Shown in pieces: positions 1 through 12,543 of a DNA stretch of 64,000 nt. Made by a program: the position numbers and the translations under genes. Origin of the DNA: Macrostomum lignano. Taxonomy: Eukaryota. Under the pieces are notes generated by a model. That model did no database searches. It saw only the letters and a program-made list of their open reading frames with translations, and was not told the DNA's origin. The stretch is taken from contig NIVC01000819.1 in assembly GCA_002269645.1 (NCBI GenBank), forward strand, positions 124,001 through 188,000, in the 5' to 3' direction. Positions within the stretch are counted from its first letter, which is position 1. The number at the start of each line of letters is the position of its first letter.

Positions 1-3000
1 ATAAAATCATAGAAGCGTCATGTAAAAAATCATAGAAGCGTCATAAAACAATCATAGAAGCGTCATGTAAACAATCATAGAAGCGTCATGTAAAAAATCG
101 TAGAAGCGTCATATAAAAATCATAGAAGCGTCATGTAAAAAATAGAAGCGTCATAAAACAATCATAGAAGCGTCATGTAAAAATCATAGAAGCGTCATGT
201 AAAAAATCGTAGAAGCGTCATATAAAAATCATAGAAGCGTCATGTAAAAAATCATAGAAGCGTCATAAAACAATCATAGAAGCGTCATGTAAACAATCAT
301 AGAAGCGTCATGTAAAAAATCATAGAAGCGTCATGTAAACAATCATAGAAGCGTCATGTAAACAATCATAGAAGCGTCATGTAAACAATCATAGAAGCGT
401 CATGTAAACAATCATAGAAGCGTCATGTAAAAATCATAGAAGCGTCATGTAAAATCATAGAAGCGTCATGTAAACAATCATAGAAGCGTCATGTAAAAAT
501 CATAGAAGCGTCATATAAAAATCATAGAAGCGTCATGTAAACAATCATAGAAGCGTCATGTAAACAATCATAGAAGCGTCATGTAAACAATCATAGAAGC
601 GTCATGTAAACAATCATAGAAGCGTCATGTAAACAATCATAGAAGCGTCATGTAAAAATCATAGAAGCGTCATGTAAACAATCATAGAAGCGTCATGTAA
701 AAAATCATAGAAGCGTCATGTAAAAATCATAGAAGCGTCATGTAAAAATCATAGAAGCGTCATGTAAAAAATAGAAGCGTCATATAAAAATCATAGAAGC
801 GTCATGTAAAAAATCATAGAAGCGTCATGTAAAGATCATAGAAGCGTCATGTAAACAATCATAGAAGCGTCATGTAAAAAATCATAGAAGCGTCATGTAA
901 AAAATCATAGAAGCGTCATGTAAACAATCATAGAAGCGTCATATAAAAATCATAGAAGCGTCATGTAAACAATCATAGAAGCGTCATGTAAAAATCATAA
1001 AGCGTCATGTAAAATCATAGAAGCGTCATGTAAACAATCATAGAAGCGTCATGTAAAAAATCATAGAAGCGTCATATAAAAATCATAGAAGCGTCATGTA
1101 AACAATCATAGAAGCGTCATGTAAAGATCATAGAAGCGTCATGTAAACAATCATAGAAGCGTCATGTAAACAATCATAGAAGCGTCATGTAAAAAATCAT
1201 AGAAATCATGTAAACAATCATAGAAGCGTCATGTAAAAACATAGAAGCGTCATGTAAACAATCATAGAAGCGTCATGTAAACAATCATAGAAGCGTCATG
1301 TAAAAATCATAGAAGCGTCATGTAAAAATCATAGAAGCGTCATGTAAACAATCATAGAAGCGTCATGTAAACAATCATAGAAGCGTCATGTAAACAATCA
1401 TAGAAGCGTCATGTAAAAATCATAGAAGCGTCATGTAAAAATCATAGAAGCGTCATGTAAAAATCATAGAAGCGTCATGTAAAAAATCAGAAGCGTCATG
1501 TAAAAATCATAGAAGCGTCATGTAAAAATCGTAGAAGCGTCATAAAAATCATAGAAGCGTCATGTAAAAAATCATAGAAGCGTCATGTAAAAAATCATAG
1601 AAGCGTCATGTAAAAATCATAGAAGCGTCATGTAAAAAATCATAGAAGCGTCATGTAAACAATCATAGAAGCGTCATGTAAAAAATCATAGAAGCGTCAT
1701 GTAAAAAATCATAGAAGCGTCATGTAAAAATCGTAGAAGCGTCATATAAAAATCATAGAAGCGTCATGTAAAAATCATAGAAGCGTCATGTAAAAAATCA
1801 TAGAAGCGTCATGTAAAAATCATAGAAGCGTCATGTAAAAAATCGTAGAAGCGTCATATAAAATCATAGAAGCGTCATGTAAAAAATCGTAGAAGCGTCA
1901 TAATAACAATCATAGAAGCGTCATGTAAAAAATCATAGAAGCGTCATGTAAAAAATCGTAGAAGCGTCATATAAAATCATAGAAGCGTCATGTAAAAATC
2001 ATAGAAGCGTCATATAAAATCATAGAAGCGTCATGTAAACAATCATAGAAGCGTCATGTAAACAATCATAGAAGCGTCATGTAAACAATCATAGAAGCGT
2101 CATGTAAACAATCATAGAAGCGTCATGTAAACAATCATAGAAGCGTCATGTAAACAATCATAGAAGCGTCATGTAAACAATCATAGAAGCGTCATGTAAA
2201 CAATCATAGAAGCGTCATGTAAACAATCATAGAAGCGTCATGTAAAAAATCATAGAAGCGTCATGTAAAAAATCATAGAAGCGTCATGTAAAAATCATAG
2301 AAGCGTCATGTAAAAAATCGTAGAAGCGTCATATAAAAATCATAGAAGCGTCATGTAAAAATCATAGAAGCGTCATAAAAAATCGTAGAAGCGTCATGTA
2401 AAAAATCATAGAAGCGTCATGTAAAAAATCGTAGAAGCGTCATATAAAAATCATAGAAGCGTCATGTAAAAAATCGTAGAAGCGTCATAAAACAATCATA
2501 GAAGCGTCATGTAAAAATCATAGAAGCGTCATGTAAAAAATCGTAGAAGCGTCATATAAAAATCATAGAAGCGTCATGTAAAAATCGTAGAAGCGTCATA
2601 TAAAAATCATAGAAGCGTCATGTAAACAATCATAGAAGCGTCATGTAAAAAAATCATAGAAAGCGTCATGTAAACAATCATAGAAGCGTCATGTAAAAAT
2701 CATAGAAGCGTCATGTAAACAATCATAGAAGCGTCATGTAAACAATCATAGAAGCGTCATGTAAACAATCATAGAAGCGTCATGTAAACAATCATAGAAG
2801 CGTCATGTAAACAATCATAGAAGCGTCATGTAAAAATCATAGAAGCGTCATGTAAACAATCATAGAAGCGTCATGTAAACAATCATAGAAGCGTCATGTA
2901 AACAATCATAGAAGCGTCATGTAAACAATCGTAGAAGCGTCATATAAAAATCATAGAAGCGTCATGTAAAAAATCATAGAAGCGTCATAATAACAATCAT

Positions 3001-3487
3001 AGAAGCGTCATGTAAAAATCATAGAAGCGTCATGTAAAAAATCGTAGAAGCGTCATATAAAAATCATAGAAGCGTCATGTAAAAAATCGTAGAAGCGTCA
3101 TAAAAAATCATAGAAGCGTCATGTAAACAATCATAGAAGCGTCATGTAAAAAATCATAAAGCGTCATGTAAACAATCATAGAAGCGTCATGTAAACAATC
3201 ATAGAAGCGTCATGTAACAATCATAGAAGCGTCATGTAAACAATCGTAGAAGTGTCATGTAAAAACCCATAGAAGCGTCATGTAAATAATCATAGAAGCG
3301 TCATGTAAACAATCATAGAAGCGTCATGTAAACAATCATAGAAGCGTCATGTAAAAAATCATAGAAATGCCATGTAAAAAATCATAGAAGCGTCATGTAA
3401 AAAATCATAGAAGCGTCATGTAAAAACCCATAGAAGCGTCATGTAAAAAATCATAGAAGCGTCATGTAAACAATCATAGAAGCGTCA
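1..3487 (+). repeat. Satellite A, ~23-bp unit AATCATAGAAGCGTCATGTAAAC (variants in the A-run), left part
   Basis: Directly visible tandem array. It stops mid-unit at ...GAAGCGTCA|. Confidence 0.97.
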
Positions 3488-3629
3488 CTAGCAATCTTCG
3501 CCCCCCGATGGGGGACATCTGGATAGAATCCTTGTTCTTTACAAATAAAGACTCCAAGAGAAATAACAAATAGACAGGGTCATAAAGCCTTCATGAAAAA
3601 GCAACAGACATTTCCTCTAAAAACAAAAC

Positions 3630-4500
3630 ATCCCAAGACAGCAAGCATCCCCAGACAGCATTCAAGCATCGATACCTAAATAGCAAACATCACCCAGACT
3701 TCAAGCATCCCATAGATAGCAAGCATCCACCCGATAGCAAGAAACCCAGATAGCAAGCATCCCCAGATAGCAAGCATCCCCCAGACCCCAGATAGCAAGC
3801 ATCCGCCAGATAGCAAGCATCCCCCAGATAGCAAGCATCCGCCAGATAGCAAGCATCCCCCAGATAGCAAGCATCCCCCAGATAGCAAGCATCCCCCAGA
3901 TAGCAAGCATCCCCCAGATAGCAAGCATCCCCCAGATAGCAAGCATCCCCCAGATAGCAAGCATCCCCAAGATAGCAAGCATCCCCAGACCGCAAGCAAC
4001 CCCAGATAGCAAGCATCCACCCGATAACAAGAAACCCCAGATAGCAAGCATCCCCAGATAGCAAGCATCCCCAGACCCAGATAGCAAGCATCCGCCAGAT
4101 AGCAAGCATCCCCCAGATAGCAAGCATCCGCCAGATAGCAAGCATCCCCCAGATAGCAAGCATCCCCCAGATAGCAAGCATCCCCAGATAGCAAGCATCC
4201 CCAAGATAGCAAGCATCCCCAGACCGCAAGCAACCCCAGATAGCAAGCATAACCTGGATACAAAGAGACCTTATAGATATCTAGCAACCCCTCTCAAGAT
4301 AGCAAGTACCTCCACCCCCCAAGAGCAAGCATCTCCCAATAGCAAGTAACCCAGTAGCAAGCATCCTTCCGGTAGCAAGCATCCCACCAATAGCAAGCAT
4401 CCCTCAGATAGCAAGCATCCATCAGATAGCAAGCATCCCCCTGATAGCAAGTATCTATCCTTAAATAGCAATCATCCAACAGAGAACAAGTAGCTAGTGC
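3630..4500 (+). repeat. Satellite B, ~18-19-bp unit GATAGCAAGCATCCCCCA
   Basis: Visible tandem array. A second, shorter copy in the same orientation lies at about 10490-10700. Confidence 0.93.
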
Positions 4501-4544
4501 AACAATTTCCTTAGCTTTATAGTGCTCCGTTTTGTTTGGCATGA

Positions 4545-7510
4545 CACTTTTATGTTTGAAACGGTGTCTCTTTTATGTTTGAAACGGTGGCTCTTTTATG
4601 TTTGAAATTGTGGCTCTTCTATGTTTGACATGACGTCTCTTCTATGTTTGACATGGTGGCTCTTTAATGTTCGACATGATGGCTCTTCTATGTTTGCCAT
4701 GGCGGCCCTATTACGTTTAAAATGGTGTCTCTGTTATGTTTGACATGGTGGCTCAGTTGTTTGACATGGTGGCTCAGTTGTTTGACATGGTGGCTCAGTT
4801 GTTTGACATGGTGGCTCAGTTGTTTGACATGGTGGCTCAGTTGTTTGACATGGTGGCTCAGTTGTTTGACATGGTGGCTCAGTTGTTTGACATGGTGGCT
4901 CAGTTGTTTGACATGGTGGCTCAGTTGTTTGACATGGAGTTACGTATATGTTTGACATGGTGGCTCTTTTATGTTCGACATGGTGGCACTTTTATGTTTG
5001 GCATAGTGGCTCTTTTATATTTGACATGATGGCTATTTTATATTCGACATGTTGCTCTTTTATGTTTGACACGGAGTCACGTATATGTTTGACGAAATGG
5101 CTCTTTAATGTTCGCAATGTTGGCCCTCTTATGTTTGACATGGAGTCACATATATGTTTCACATGGTGGCGCTTTAATGTTTGACATGGAGTCACGTATA
5201 TGTTTGACATGGTGGCTCTTTTATGTTCGACATGGTGCTCTTTTATGTTTGGCATGGTGGCTCTGTTATGTTTGACATGGTGGCTCAGTTGTTTGACATG
5301 GTGGCTCTTTAATGTTTGACATGGAGTCACGTATATGTTTGACATGGTGGCTCTTTTATGTTTGACATAGTGGCTCTTTAATGTTCCCCATGGTGGCTCT
5401 TTTATGTTCGACATGGTGCTCTTTTATGTTTGACATGGTGGCACTTTAATGTTTGACATGGTGGCTCTTTAATGTTTGACATGGTAGCTCTTTAATGTTT
5501 GACATGGTGGCTCTTTAATGTTTGACATGGTGGCTCTTTAATGTTTGACATGGTGGCTCTTTAATGTTTGACATTGTGGCTCTTTAATGTTTGACATGGT
5601 GGCTCTTTAATGTTTAACATGGTGGCTCTTTTTTCGACATGGTGGCTCTTTAATGTTCGACATGGTGGCTCTTTTATGTTCGAAGTGGTGGCTCTTTTAT
5701 GTTTGACATGGTGGCTCTTTAATGTTTGACATGGTGGCTCTTTAATGTTAAATGTTAAATGTTTGACATGGTGGCTCATTAATGTTTGACATGGTGGCTC
5801 TTTAATGTTTGACATGGTAGCTCTTTAATGTTTGATATGGTGGCTCTTTAATGTTTGACATGGTGGCTCTTTAATGTTTCACATGGTGGCTCTTTAATGT
5901 TTGACATGGTGGCTCTTTAATGTTTGACATGATGGCTCTTTAATGTTTGACATGGTGGCTCTTTTATGTTTGACATGGTGGCTCTTTAATGTTTGACATG
6001 GTGGCTCTTTAATGTTTGACATGGTGGCTCTTTAATGTTTGACATGGTGGCTCTTTAATGTTTGAAATGGTGGCTCTTTATTGTTCGACATGGTGGCTCT
6101 TTTAGGTTCGACATAGTGGCTCTTTAGTGTTCGAAATAATGGCTCTTTTATGTTTGACATGGTGGCTCTTTAATGTTTGACATGGTGGCTCTTTAATGTT
6201 TGAAATGGTGGCTCTTTATTGTTCGACATGGTGGCTCTTTTAGGTTCGACATAGTGGCTCTTTAGTGTTTGAAATGGTGGCTCTTTTATGTTTGACATGG
6301 TGGCTCTTTAATGTTTGACATGGTGGCTCTTTAATGTTAAATGTTAAATGTTTGACATGGTGGCTCATTAATGTTTGACATGGTGGCTCTTTAATGTTTG
6401 ACATGGTAGCTCTTTAATGTTTGATATGGTGGCTCTTTAATGTTTGACATGGTGGCTCTTTAATGTTTGACATGGTGGCTCTTTAATGTTTGACATGGTG
6501 GCTCTTTAATGTTTGACATGATGGCTCTTTAATGTTTGACATGGTGGCTCTTTTATGTTTGACATGGTGGCTCTTTAATGTTTGACATGGTGGCTCTTTA
6601 ATGTTTGACATGGTGGCTCTTTAATGTTTGACATGGTGGCTCTTTAATGTTTGAAATGGTGGCTCTTTATTGTTCGACATGGTGGCTCTTTTAGGTTCGA
6701 CATAGTGGCTCTTTAGTGTTTGACAATGTGGCTCTTAATGTTTTACATGGTGGCTCTTTAATGTTCGACATGGTGGCTCTTTTATGTTCGACATGGTGGC
6801 TCTTTAATGTTTGACATGGTTTTTCTTTTATGTTTGACATGGTAGCTCATTTATGTTCGACATGGTGGCTCTTTAATGTTTGACATGGAGTCATGTATAT
6901 GTTTGACATGGTGGCTCTTTAATGTTTGACATGGTGGCTCTTTAATGTTTGACATGGTGGCTCTTTAATGTTTGACATGGTGGCTCTTTAATGTTTGACA
7001 TGGTGGCTCTTTAATGTTTGACATGGTGACTCGTTAATGTTAGACATGGTGGCTCTTTTATGTTTGACCTGGTGGCACCTTAATGTCTGTAATGATGGCT
7101 CTTTAATGTTCGACATGGTGCCTCTTTAATGTTTGACATGGTGGCTCTTTATTGTTAAACATGGTGGCTGTTTAATTTTTGACATGGTGGCTCTTTATTG
7201 TTCGACATGGTGGCTCTTTAATGTTCGAAATGGTGGCTCTTTAATGTTCGAAATAGTGGCTCTTTTATGTTCAACATGGTGGCTCTTTAATGTTCGAAAT
7301 GGTGGCTGTTTAATGTTCGAAATGGTGGCTCTTTTATGTTTGACATAAAGTCACTTATATGTTTTACATGGTGCCTCTTAAATATTAGACATGGTGGCTC
7401 ATTTAGGTTTGACATGGTGGCTCTTTTATGTTTGACCAGGTAACTCTTTTATGTTCGATATGTTGGCTCTTTAATGTTCGACATGGTGGCTCTTCTATGT
7501 TTGACATTGC
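4545..7510 (+). repeat. Satellite C, ~23-bp unit ATGTTTGACATGGTGGCTCTTTA
   Basis: Visible tandem array. It includes a homogeneous sub-run (GTTGTTTGACATGGTGGCTCA) at about 4740-4935. Confidence 0.95.
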
Positions 7511-7580
7511 ACTTCTTTTATGTTTAGCAGTTTTTTGTTTTTAAGGTGTTTTAATAAAAAAAATCTATTTTGCACTACTA

Positions 7581-7634
7581 AGATTCGAACCCAGGTCGCT
7601 ACATTAGCATTCCAGTCTGTTCGCATCAGGGCTA
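7581..7634 (-). promoter_or_regulatory. tRNA-like Pol III A/B-box block inside Helitron 1
   Basis: Minus strand: TAGCCCTGATGCG...GCTAATGTAGCGACCTGGGTTCGAATCT (B box GGTTCGAATC), followed downstream by a T-run. It is not a complete cloverleaf. Confidence 0.55.
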
Positions 7635-8686
7635 TCTTTTTTCAATTGGAGAACATGAATTGTGGCCCTTATAATTCAATTCTTACAGCAAGTCAATTGG
7701 AGCAAAAAGTTATGACATAATCAATTTCTCAGTCAGCCAGTATCAGTCTCAATTTAAGTTGGCAATATGGTTACGCAATTTCAATTCAAGTCGTGTGTGC
7801 ATTTCTTTGACAATGTTTTCAACTTGTTGTGATGCAATCTTTATCACAATCGGAATTCAGCCAGTCAGTTTTTTTCTCTAGCATTCTTACAATGCATTTC
7901 AAGTGGAAAATTTGGCTTGACCTTTGCAAAAAAGCATGTTTTTCGAATATTTAATCCCTTTAACATTGAGCAATTTCTTAGCCAAGATGCATGTACCGTC
8001 CCAGGAAAATTTCTGATCGAATGGTGCAAGTTTGAAGAAAATCGGTTGAGCCAATTTTTCTGAAATCTATCGCATACCCACAGACAACTCATTTTTAGTA
8101 TATAGGACTAGCTAAAGTTTTGCCCCCCTTCGGGGAGCAGAAATAATTAATATTCGTCTAATATAATATACCTTTTAGCAGGAGTACTTTAAGTGTTTTT
8201 CTTAAGCTTAAGCTTAAAATAGGAATTTTTGGAGATCGTTAATAACGCATTTTAGGTAAAACAAAACTATCAACTTTTTACAGTTTTTAGTTTAGAGCCC
8301 TGTATATGTCAACGTGTTTGATAAAAATTATTTTTATCATTTTTGATAAAAAATGGCCTTCGGGTGGCCAATAAGCAAGGGACGAATCCTTTTAAATGAA
8401 AAAAATTCTTAGGGAGGGGGGCTAGGAATCGAATTCTCATTTTAATTCCAGGCTTATGTACCAATAAAACATGTTTGTGCAGAATTTTATAACAGACATT
8501 GAAATTCAACCATACTTGCCTTCTTTCAGAGCTACTTCTACCAGTATGCTTCAGTACGCTACCAGTACCCTTGTAAGCCTTGACATGTCAGCAATCCCCC
8601 CCACAAGCCTTAACATATCAACTCCCCCCTTGACATCTCAGCAATGCTCCCACAAGCCTTGAAATCTTAAAAAATCTGTCTATTTT

Positions 8687-8720
8687 CTAACCCTAACCCT
8701 AACCCTAACCCTAACCCTAA
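8687..8720 (-). repeat. Interstitial telomeric repeat (CCCTAA)5+ in Helitron 2; degenerate second tract at ~9100-9150
   Basis: The sequence reads ctaa ccctaa x5. Confidence 0.9.
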
Positions 8721-9679
8721 AGCATTGAAATTTCAGTAATTCTCTCTAAGAGTCTATAGCACTACTACAGCATTATAGCGATTCCCTGCAAGCCTCGACA
8801 TCGTAGGGATTCCCAAATGAATCTCTTAACTTTGACATGAAGCTTCTTTTTTTTTACATTACGCTTTTTCTATCAGCGATCCCTCCCGTGAGGAGCCAAC
8901 AAATAATGTAATAACTTTTTTCCAATAAACTACATGTAGCTTCTGACATTAGCCTTGACATCTCATTTATTCCCCGTGAGCCTTGACATCTCAGCTATAG
9001 ATAGATAGATAGATTCCCCTCGTAAGCCTTGACATGTCAGCGATGCCCCCATAAACCTTGAAATCTAAAAAATCCCCTGTTAACCTTGAAACGCGCTAAA
9101 ATCTAACCCTCAACCCAAACCTGACGTAAACCTAACTTTCACCCAACCTAAAGCCTTGAAATCACAGCAATTCTTCTTCCCTAAGCCTTGGCATTTAAGT
9201 GATTCCTTCTTTAAGAATCACAGCACTATAACGATTCCCTCCAAGCTTTGACATCGTAGCAATTCCCAAATGAATCTTTTAACTTTGACATGACTTTTAT
9301 TTTATGTATACATAGTGCTCCTTTTATTTTTACATGACTCTTCTTCTATCAGCGCCCCCCCCACCGTGGCAAGCCAACAAAGAATGCAATAAAAAACTTA
9401 AGTAAAGTACATGTACTTTGAAGTAGCTTCTGACTTTTGCTTTAACATCTCAGAAACCCCCCTGTAATCTCAGTTATTCTCTGTGAGCCTTGACGTCTCA
9501 GTAATTCTCCCCAGCACAGCACTGTACTATAGCTTCATTTAATTTTTATATGACATTTCTTTCATGTCTGACATGACGCTTCTTTTGATTTTTACGTTAC
9601 GCTTCTTTTATTCTTCCATGATGCTTCTTAATTTTTTAAATGACACACTTTCATTAGTTTTTATATGAGGCTTCTATAA

Positions 9680-10330
9680 TTTTTTCATGACGCTTCTATG
9701 CTTGTTTACATGACGCTTGTATGATTTTTACATGACGCTTCTATGATTGTTTACATGACGCTTGTATGATTGTTTACATGACGCTTCTATGATTTTTTAC
9801 ATGACGCTTCTATGATTTTTACATGACGCTTCTATGATTTTTACATGACGCTTCTATGATTTTTACATGACGCTTCTATGATTTTTACATGACGCTTCTA
9901 TGATTGTTTACATGACGCTTCTATGATTGTTTACATGACGCTTCTATGATTTTAACATGACGCTTCTATGATTTTTTTACATGACGCTTCTATGATTGTT
10001 TACATGACGCTTGTATGATTGTTTACATGACGCTTGTATGATTTTAACATGACGCTTCTATGATTGTTTACATTACGCTTCTATGATTGCTTGCATGACG
10101 CTTCTATGATTTTTTATGACGTTTTTATGATTTTAACATGACGCTTCTATGATTTTTTTACATGACGCTTCTATGATTGTTTACATGACGCTTGTATGAT
10201 TGTTTACATGACGCTTTTATGATTTTAACATGACGCTTCTATGATTGTTTACATTACGCTTCTATGATTTTTACATGACGCTTCTATGATTTTTACATGA
10301 CGCTTCTATGATTGTTTACATGACGCTTCC
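9680..10330 (-). repeat. Satellite A copy inside Helitron 2 (inverted relative to the host array)
   Basis: Units CATGACGCTTCTATGATTGTTTA are the reverse complement of satellite A. Confidence 0.95.
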
Positions 10331-10389
10331 ATAATTTTTTTTGTCTTGGCGTTAAAAGGCTTTAATTAAAAAAACTCTACTCTCTAAAA

Positions 10390-10448
10390 ATTCGAACCAT
10401 CGTCCCTGCATTTAGCAGTTTAGTCTGTTTACCTCTAGGCTAGCTCTC
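10390..10448 (-). promoter_or_regulatory. Degenerate second tRNA-like block in Helitron 2
   Basis: It shares CTCTAGGCTAGCTCTC, TAGCAG and TTCGAACC with 11943-12002. Confidence 0.45.
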
Positions 10449-10489
10449 ATGAATTTTAGTCATTACACCTAAATAGAAAATATTCCCAA

Positions 10490-10700
10490 GACAGCAAGCA
10501 TCCCCCCAGTAGCAAGCATCCCCTAATACTCCTAGCAAGCATCCACCCAGATAGCAAGCATCTGCAGATAGCAAGCATCTTGCAGATAGCAAGCATCTTG
10601 CAGATAGCAAGCATACCCCAAATAATGTAGAAGCATCCTTCCAGATAGCAAGCATCCTGCACATAGCAAGAATCCCTAAATAGCAAGCATCCCTGGATAG
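10490..10700 (+). repeat. Satellite B, short copy in Helitron 2
   Basis: GATAGCAAGCATC units. It shares the boundary CCCAAGACAGCAAGCATCC with about 3632-3650. Confidence 0.85.
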
Positions 10701-10739
10701 AAATAATCCTATACATGTAGCCAAGCTTATCAAGCGCAG

Positions 10740-11870
10740 TAATCCTTGGCTATCGAGTGCAGTAATCCTTGGTTTATTAATAGCAATAATCCATGGCTTA
10801 TCGAGTGCAGTAATCCTTGGTTTATTAATAGCAATAATCCTTGGCTTATCGAGTGCAGTAATCCTTGGTTTATTAATAGCAATAATCCATGGCTTATCGA
10901 GTGCAGTAATCCTTGGTTTATTAATAGCAATAATCCATGCCTTATCGAGTGCAGTAATCCTTGGTTTATTAATAGCAATAATCCTTGGCTTATCGAGTGC
11001 AGTAATCCTTGGTTTATTAATAGCAATAATCCATGGCTTATCGAGTGCAGTAATCCTTGGTTTGCCAAGAGCAATAGTCCTTGGCTTATCGAGTGCAGTA
11101 ATCCTTGGTTTGCCAAGAGCAATAGTCCTTGGTTTATTGAGTGCAGTAATCCTTGGTTTATTAATAGCAATAGTCCTTGGTTTATTGAGTGCAGTAATCC
11201 TTGGTTTATTAATAGCAATAATCCTTGGCTTATCGAGTGCAGTAATCCTTGGTTTGCCAAGTGCATAATCCTTGGTTTATCGAGTGCAGTAATCCTTGGT
11301 TTATTAATAGCAATAATCCTTGGTTTATTGAGTGCAGTAATGCTTGGTTTATTAATAGCAATAATCCTTGGCTTATCGATTGCAGTAATCCTTAGTTTAT
11401 TAATAGCAATAATCCTTGGCTTATCGAGTGCAGTAATCCTTGGTTTATTAATAGCAATAATCCATGGCTTATCGAGTGCAGTAATCCTTGGTTTGCCAAG
11501 AGCAATAGTCCTTGGCTTATCGAGTGCAGTAATCCTTGGTTTGCCAAGAGCAATAGTCCTTGGTTTATTGAGTGCAGTAATCCTTGGTTTATTAATAGCA
11601 ATAGTCCTTGGCTTATCGAGTGCAGTAATCCTTGGTTTATTAATAGCAATAATCCTTGGTTTATCGAGTGCAGTAATTCATGGTTTATTAATAGCAATAA
11701 TCCTTGGCTTATCGAGTGCAGTAATCCTTGGTTTATTAATAGCAATAATCCATGGCTTATCGAGTGCAGTAATCCTTGGTTTGCCAAGAGCAATAATCCT
11801 TGGCTTATCGAGTGCAGTATTCCTTGGTTTGCCAAGAGCAATAATCCTTAGCTTATCGAGTGCAGTAATC
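10740..11870 (+). repeat. Satellite D, 48-bp dimer of 24-bp subunits (ATCCTTGGTTTATTAATAGCAATA / ATCCTTGGCTTATCGAGTGCAGTA)
   Basis: Visible tandem array. The 16-aa periodicity in the ORF track confirms the 48-bp period. Confidence 0.95.
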
Positions 11871-11942
11871 TAAGTGTTTTTATTTAGTCCTTTAATAAAA
11901 GCTTTTAATAAAAAATTTTACACTACTACTTTTAAACTACTT

Positions 11943-12002
11943 AGATTCGAACCCAGGTCGCTGCATTAGCAGTCTGGTCTGCTCAGCTCTAGGCTAGCTC
12001 TC
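11943..12002 (-). promoter_or_regulatory. tRNA-like Pol III block in Helitron 2
   Basis: Minus strand: GAGAGCTAGCCTAGAGCTGAGCAGACCAGACTGCTAATGCAGCGACCTGGGTTCGAATCT. GACTGCTAAT resembles the tRNA-Ser(GCU) anticodon arm and the B box is intact. A TTTTTT run follows about 30 nt downstream. Confidence 0.6.
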
Positions 12003-12543
12003 ATCGAAGTTATCAGTGAATTTGTACCACTTATATAATTAATTCAACACTCACACCAAGTCAGGTAGAGTAAAAAGTCACGCGAAGCAGTTATGACATA
12101 ATCAATTTCTTAGGCAAGTCAGTACCAGTGTCTATGAAAGTTAACAATATGGTTACGTAATATAAATTCAGTACTGCACTATACTTTCACCCTCAAAGCT
12201 GTGACGCAATTCAATTGAGTGTCTAATTCAGCCAGTACACAGACGATAAATAAAGTGTATTGTGATGCAATCTATTTCAGAATCAGAATTCAACCAGTCA
12301 GATTTTTCTCTAGCATTCTTACAATGCATTTCAGGTCGAAAGAGCTGCTTGACCTTTGCAAAAAATCATGTTTTTCGAATATTTAATCCCTTTAACATTG
12401 AGCAATTTCTTAGCCAATATGCATGTACCGTCCCGGGAAAATTTCTGATCGAATGGTGCAAGTTTGAAGAAAATCGGTTGAGCCGTTCGGGAGAAAATCA
12501 ATTACAAGCAAGCAACCAAGCATTTCATTTTTAGTATATTAGA

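Larger units (their letters stand above)
3488..8107 (-). mobile_element. Non-autonomous Helitron-like element 1 (4620 bp)
   Basis: On the minus strand the 5' end is TCCTATATACTAAAAATGAG..., followed by GGCTCAACCGATTTTCTTCAAACTTGCA. The 3' end is GTCCCCC-ATC-GGGGGGC hairpin + GAAGATTG-CTAG|T. There is no TSD. Internal order: ~560-bp core (shared with 11900-12543), tRNA-like block, satellite C, satellite B. Confidence 0.85.
8108..12543 (-). mobile_element. Non-autonomous Helitron-like element 2 (4436 bp)
   Basis: On the minus strand the 5' end is A|TCTAATATACTAAAAATGAAATG...AACGGCTCAACCGATTTTCTTCAAACTTGCA. The 3' end is GCTCCCC-GAA-GGGGGGC + AAAACTTTAG-CTAG, directly abutting the TC of element 1. 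Internal order: core, tRNA-like block, satellite D, satellite B, second tRNA-like block, satellite A, telomere-containing flank. Confidence 0.85.

Noticed and set aside
3676-11873. Many ORFs of 70-375 aa in satellites B, C and D
   Set aside because: Periodic translations of tandem repeats inside non-coding mobile elements.
7581-12002. Functional tRNA genes
   Set aside because: Only the A/B boxes and a partial anticodon arm are recognisable. No acceptor stem pairing could be built.
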